Positions 29,885 to 32,000 of a stretch of DNA of 32,000 nt are shown piece after piece. This DNA is from Ferroglobus placidus DSM 10642. Its GTDB lineage: Archaea > Halobacteriota > Archaeoglobi > Archaeoglobales > Archaeoglobaceae. Numbering within the stretch: the first letter of the stretch is position 1; each line of letters starts with the position of its first letter. The notes under the pieces were generated by a model. That model ran no database searches, was not told the origin of the DNA, and saw only the letters and a program-made list of their open reading frames with translations. The stretch spans positions 51,250 to 83,249 of the forward strand of contig NC_013849.1 in the NCBI RefSeq assembly GCF_000025505.1, given 5' to 3'. The position numbers and the translations under genes were made by a program.

Positions 29885-31463
29885 TCTTCTCGTATACTTC
29901 TTTTTCTCTACCTTTCGAAGTTCTTCTGAGCTTTTCGACTATCAGTTCCGGAGTGCTTCTACCTATTTTTCCGAAGATCGGTTGCCTGTTCACGATCAAT
30001 CTGAAATTCTCATCCAAACCAACAGCTTCAATTCCGTCTACCCTCACAAAATCCAGCTTCGAAAGCTCCTCGCCGAGATGAGATACGACGATTGCGTAAT
30101 CTCCAGCGGAGTGGATAAGTTCGAGGATCTTTTTCAGAATTTTAACCGCCGCACCCGGTTCTGTTATCGCTTCGAACTCGTCTACGAGAATTAACTTTCT
30201 GCCTTTACTCGAAATTGCTCTGGCAAAAGACTTTATCGTGTTTTCAAACGCCCCACTTCCGTAGCTCATTTTCTTCCTCTTGAAAAAGAAGAGCTCATCG
30301 AAAACCCGTACTTCTGCTCTTTCTGCATTCACCGGCAAACCCATGTGAGCTAATATCACAATTTGGCAAACGAGTTCAAGCAACGACGTTTTTCCTCCGC
30401 TGTTAGCTCCAGTTAATATTGCAATTCTGTTTCTCTCATCTAAGTAGTAGTCTATCGGCTGGGGATTATCTATGAACAGATTTTTTCCTTTGAATATTCT
30501 TAGTCCCTCACCTATTTCAGGGAAAGCGAAATCCTGAAGAACTTTGTAGAGTGCCAGCGACCTGTACTTCTTTATTTTTTCATTCAAACCCTTTAGGTCG
30601 TACTTTTCAACGATCCTCCTGCATGCGAAATAAAAGTCGATCGCATGCCTCTCTTCAAGCTTTTTCTTCAATTCTCTCAACTTCTCCTCGTTCACTTCGA
30701 TAGGGTAGCTGATTGTGAACACGTTTTCGTAGATTCCAAATTTTTCGTAGATTTTTTCCTCAGCGGCTTTTACCTCCTCCTCTATCACGTCCCTTATTTT
30801 TTCGAAAGCCCTCTCAGCGAGAGACAGAACTTCTTTTCCACTTAGAATTATCTTAACGTTCTCAAGCCTTTCCTCTATCCTTTCGTTGAGCTGAACGAGA
30901 ATTTCGTGAACAGCAGTTTCCATCTCTTCAACTTCCTTAACTCTTTCGTACAACTCTTTAACTCTCTCAACTTCTTCGAGAATTTTGGCTACCTCCTCCT
31001 TTCCGTCTACCTTCTTTTCCATTTCCGAAAGCAGCTTTAAAGAGTGTAGATTCTGAAGGAGAGGCACGACGAAAATTTCAGGTGCGAGGTGCTCTATTTT
31101 CGGCTCGGCTTCGATGTCGTAGTTTAGGAGCAGAGTAAAAGGAGCTGGGGAGAATCGAACCTCGCAAACCCCTATTTTTAAAGCCTTTTCGTACTCGTCC
31201 TCGTCTTTAGCGATGTAGCATCGATCTTCGAAAAATCTCTTTTTGAATTCGAAGTAACTGAGTTTCGTTAGATCCTCGAAGCTAACTTTCTGAGCTTTTT
31301 CTATTAGTTCTTTCACGACTTTTTGCCTTTTCAGAATTTCCTCTCTATCGGAGACCAAATCGAACTTTTTCAACTCTTCTTCTGCTTCTCTCACCTTTGC
31401 CTCAGTTTTTAGGTAGTTTACAACTTTTCCGTAGATTTCTCTCGCGTCACCCCTTAATTTCAC
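29853..31463 (-). CDS. MutS-related ATPase (domain V only; no mismatch-binding domain, no Smr domain)
   Basis: 536 aa with a GTG start, preceded at about -25 to -32 by TTTTTATC (a likely leaderless transcript). The N-terminal ~330 aa is Glu/Lys-rich and coiled-coil-like. The C-terminal ABC ATPase has Walker A (ILTGANSGGKTSLLE), Walker B (LILVDEFEAITEP) and VVSHL. Confidence 0.75.
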   Translation of the reverse strand: MKLRGDAREIYGKVVNYLKTEAKVREAEEELKKFDLVSDREEILKRQKVVKELIEKAQKVSFEDLTKLSYFEFKKRFFEDRCYIAKDEDEYEKALKIGVCEVRFSPAPFTLLLNYDIEAEPKIEHLAPEIFVVPLLQNLHSLKLLSEMEKKVDGKEEVAKILEEVERVKELYERVKEVEEMETAVHEILVQLNERIEERLENVKIILSGKEVLSLAERAFEKIRDVIEEEVKAAEEKIYEKFGIYENVFTISYPIEVNEEKLRELKKKLEERHAIDFYFACRRIVEKYDLKGLNEKIKKYRSLALYKVLQDFAFPEIGEGLRIFKGKNLFIDNPQPIDYYLDERNRIAILTGANSGGKTSLLELVCQIVILAHMGLPVNAERAEVRVFDELFFFKRKKMSYGSGAFENTIKSFARAISSKGRKLILVDEFEAITEPGAAVKILKKILELIHSAGDYAIVVSHLGEELSKLDFVRVDGIEAVGLDENFRLIVNRQPIFGKIGRSTPELIVEKLRRTSKGREKEVYEKIAEAFYDIRR

Positions 31464-31494
31464 GGAAAAAATTAGCTAAAATTGGGATAAAAAC

Positions 31495-32000
31495 TTAATC
31501 GAAGGCAGCTTCATAGACGAGTTCGATTACGTCCTTAACTTCAATTCTGTCGTCGAGTTTCTGCGTTTTAACGCCGTCCTCAAGCATTATTGCACAGAAC
31601 GGGCAAGCTACAGCCAGTATCTCTGCCCCAGTTTCTGCCGCCTCCCTCGCTCTTATGTTGTTCGGTCGATCCTCTCCGGGATATTCTCTCACGAGGTTCC
31701 CACCCCCGCCACCGCAGCAGAAGGATCTTTCTCTGTTCCTCGGCATTTCCACGAGCTCAATTCCCGGAATGCTTTTCAGGATCTCTCTTGGAAGATCGTA
31801 AATTCCGTTCCACCTTCCAAGGTAGCAGGGATCGTGGAAGGTCACCTTCTTGTTTATCTCCTTCTTGAACTTTAGCCTCCCGTCTTTTATAGCTTCGAGG
31901 ATGACTTCGAGCACGAATTTAGTGTTAATCTCGTACTCGTTTTTGAAGGTGTTGTAGCAGTGGGGGGAAACGGATATTAGCTTTTCAACTCCGTACTTCT
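31495..32000 (-). CDS. CCG-domain Fe-S protein, HdrD/GlpC/LutA-like (C-terminal part; N-terminus beyond the window)
   Basis: The track ORF starts at an internal GTG (31914). My reverse translation stays open to the window edge (...KYGVEKLISVSPHCYNTFKNEYEINTKFVLEVILE...). It has two cysteine-rich CCG-type motifs: SPHCY...FHDPCYLGR and SFCCGGGGG...VACPFCAIML. Confidence 0.7.
   Translation of the reverse strand, partial: KYGVEKLISVSPHCYNTFKNEYEINTKFVLEVILEAIKDGRLKFKKEINKKVTFHDPCYLGRWNGIYDLPREILKSIPGIELVEMPRNRERSFCCGGGGGNLVREYPGEDRPNNIRAREAAETGAEILAVACPFCAIMLEDGVKTQKLDDRIEVKDVIELVYEAAFD

Noticed and set aside
1-32000. CRISPR arrays, tRNA, rRNA, or longer tandem repeats
   Set aside because: Reading through all intergenic regions, I found no regularly spaced direct repeats, no cloverleaf-compatible GC-rich ~75-nt segments and no rRNA-like sequence. 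This was a scan by eye, so a tRNA or ncRNA scan should still be run.

Overview
This is an archaeal chromosome segment. It shows GGTG-type ribosome-binding sites, TTTATATA-type TATA boxes and frequent ATGA start/stop overlaps. It is very probably Archaeoglobus, because one insertion sequence measures exactly 1214 bp between its inverted repeats and has the two-ORF layout I recall for ISA1214 of A. fulgidus. Region 1-6.9 kb holds a partial TctA/DUF112-like membrane protein, a degenerate integrase-like protein and a small NMD3-like ORF overlapping a TPD-motif (CDIN1-like) PD-(D/E)xK nuclease. It also holds an SDH/ClpP-fold membrane protease, then two different IS elements side by side. The first is ISA1214, with intact inverted repeats and a 9-bp target duplication. 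The second is an IS607-family element (serine-recombinase TnpA plus TnpB) that appears to split a small CPBP/CAAX protease gene. Region 7.1-13.4 kb is a five-gene LivK/HMGF-type ABC importer operon ending in an acyl-CoA synthetase. Region 13.4-23.5 kb is the most interesting part. It contains an Lrp-type regulator, a split PEP-synthase-like dikinase (356-aa ATP-grasp subunit plus 623-aa His-swivel subunit with no PEP-binding barrel), a Nudix hydrolase and a TrmB-type regulator. It also contains a tight UbiD / HAD / benzoate-type aryl-CoA ligase / UbiX operon. This resembles the phenylphosphate synthase / carboxylase / 4-hydroxybenzoate-CoA ligase logic of anaerobic phenol metabolism. A shared dyad motif marks three promoter regions around the dikinase genes. 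Region 23.5-32 kb encodes an orphan cytoplasmic Cys-type molybdopterin oxidoreductase coupled to a HAD phosphatase, a divergent adenine-deaminase-family amidohydrolase and a DASS anion symporter. It ends with a MutS-like ATPase overlapping a short XPF/ERCC4-(HhH)2 nuclease and a partial HdrD-like CCG-domain protein. I saw no CRISPR array, tRNA or rRNA.
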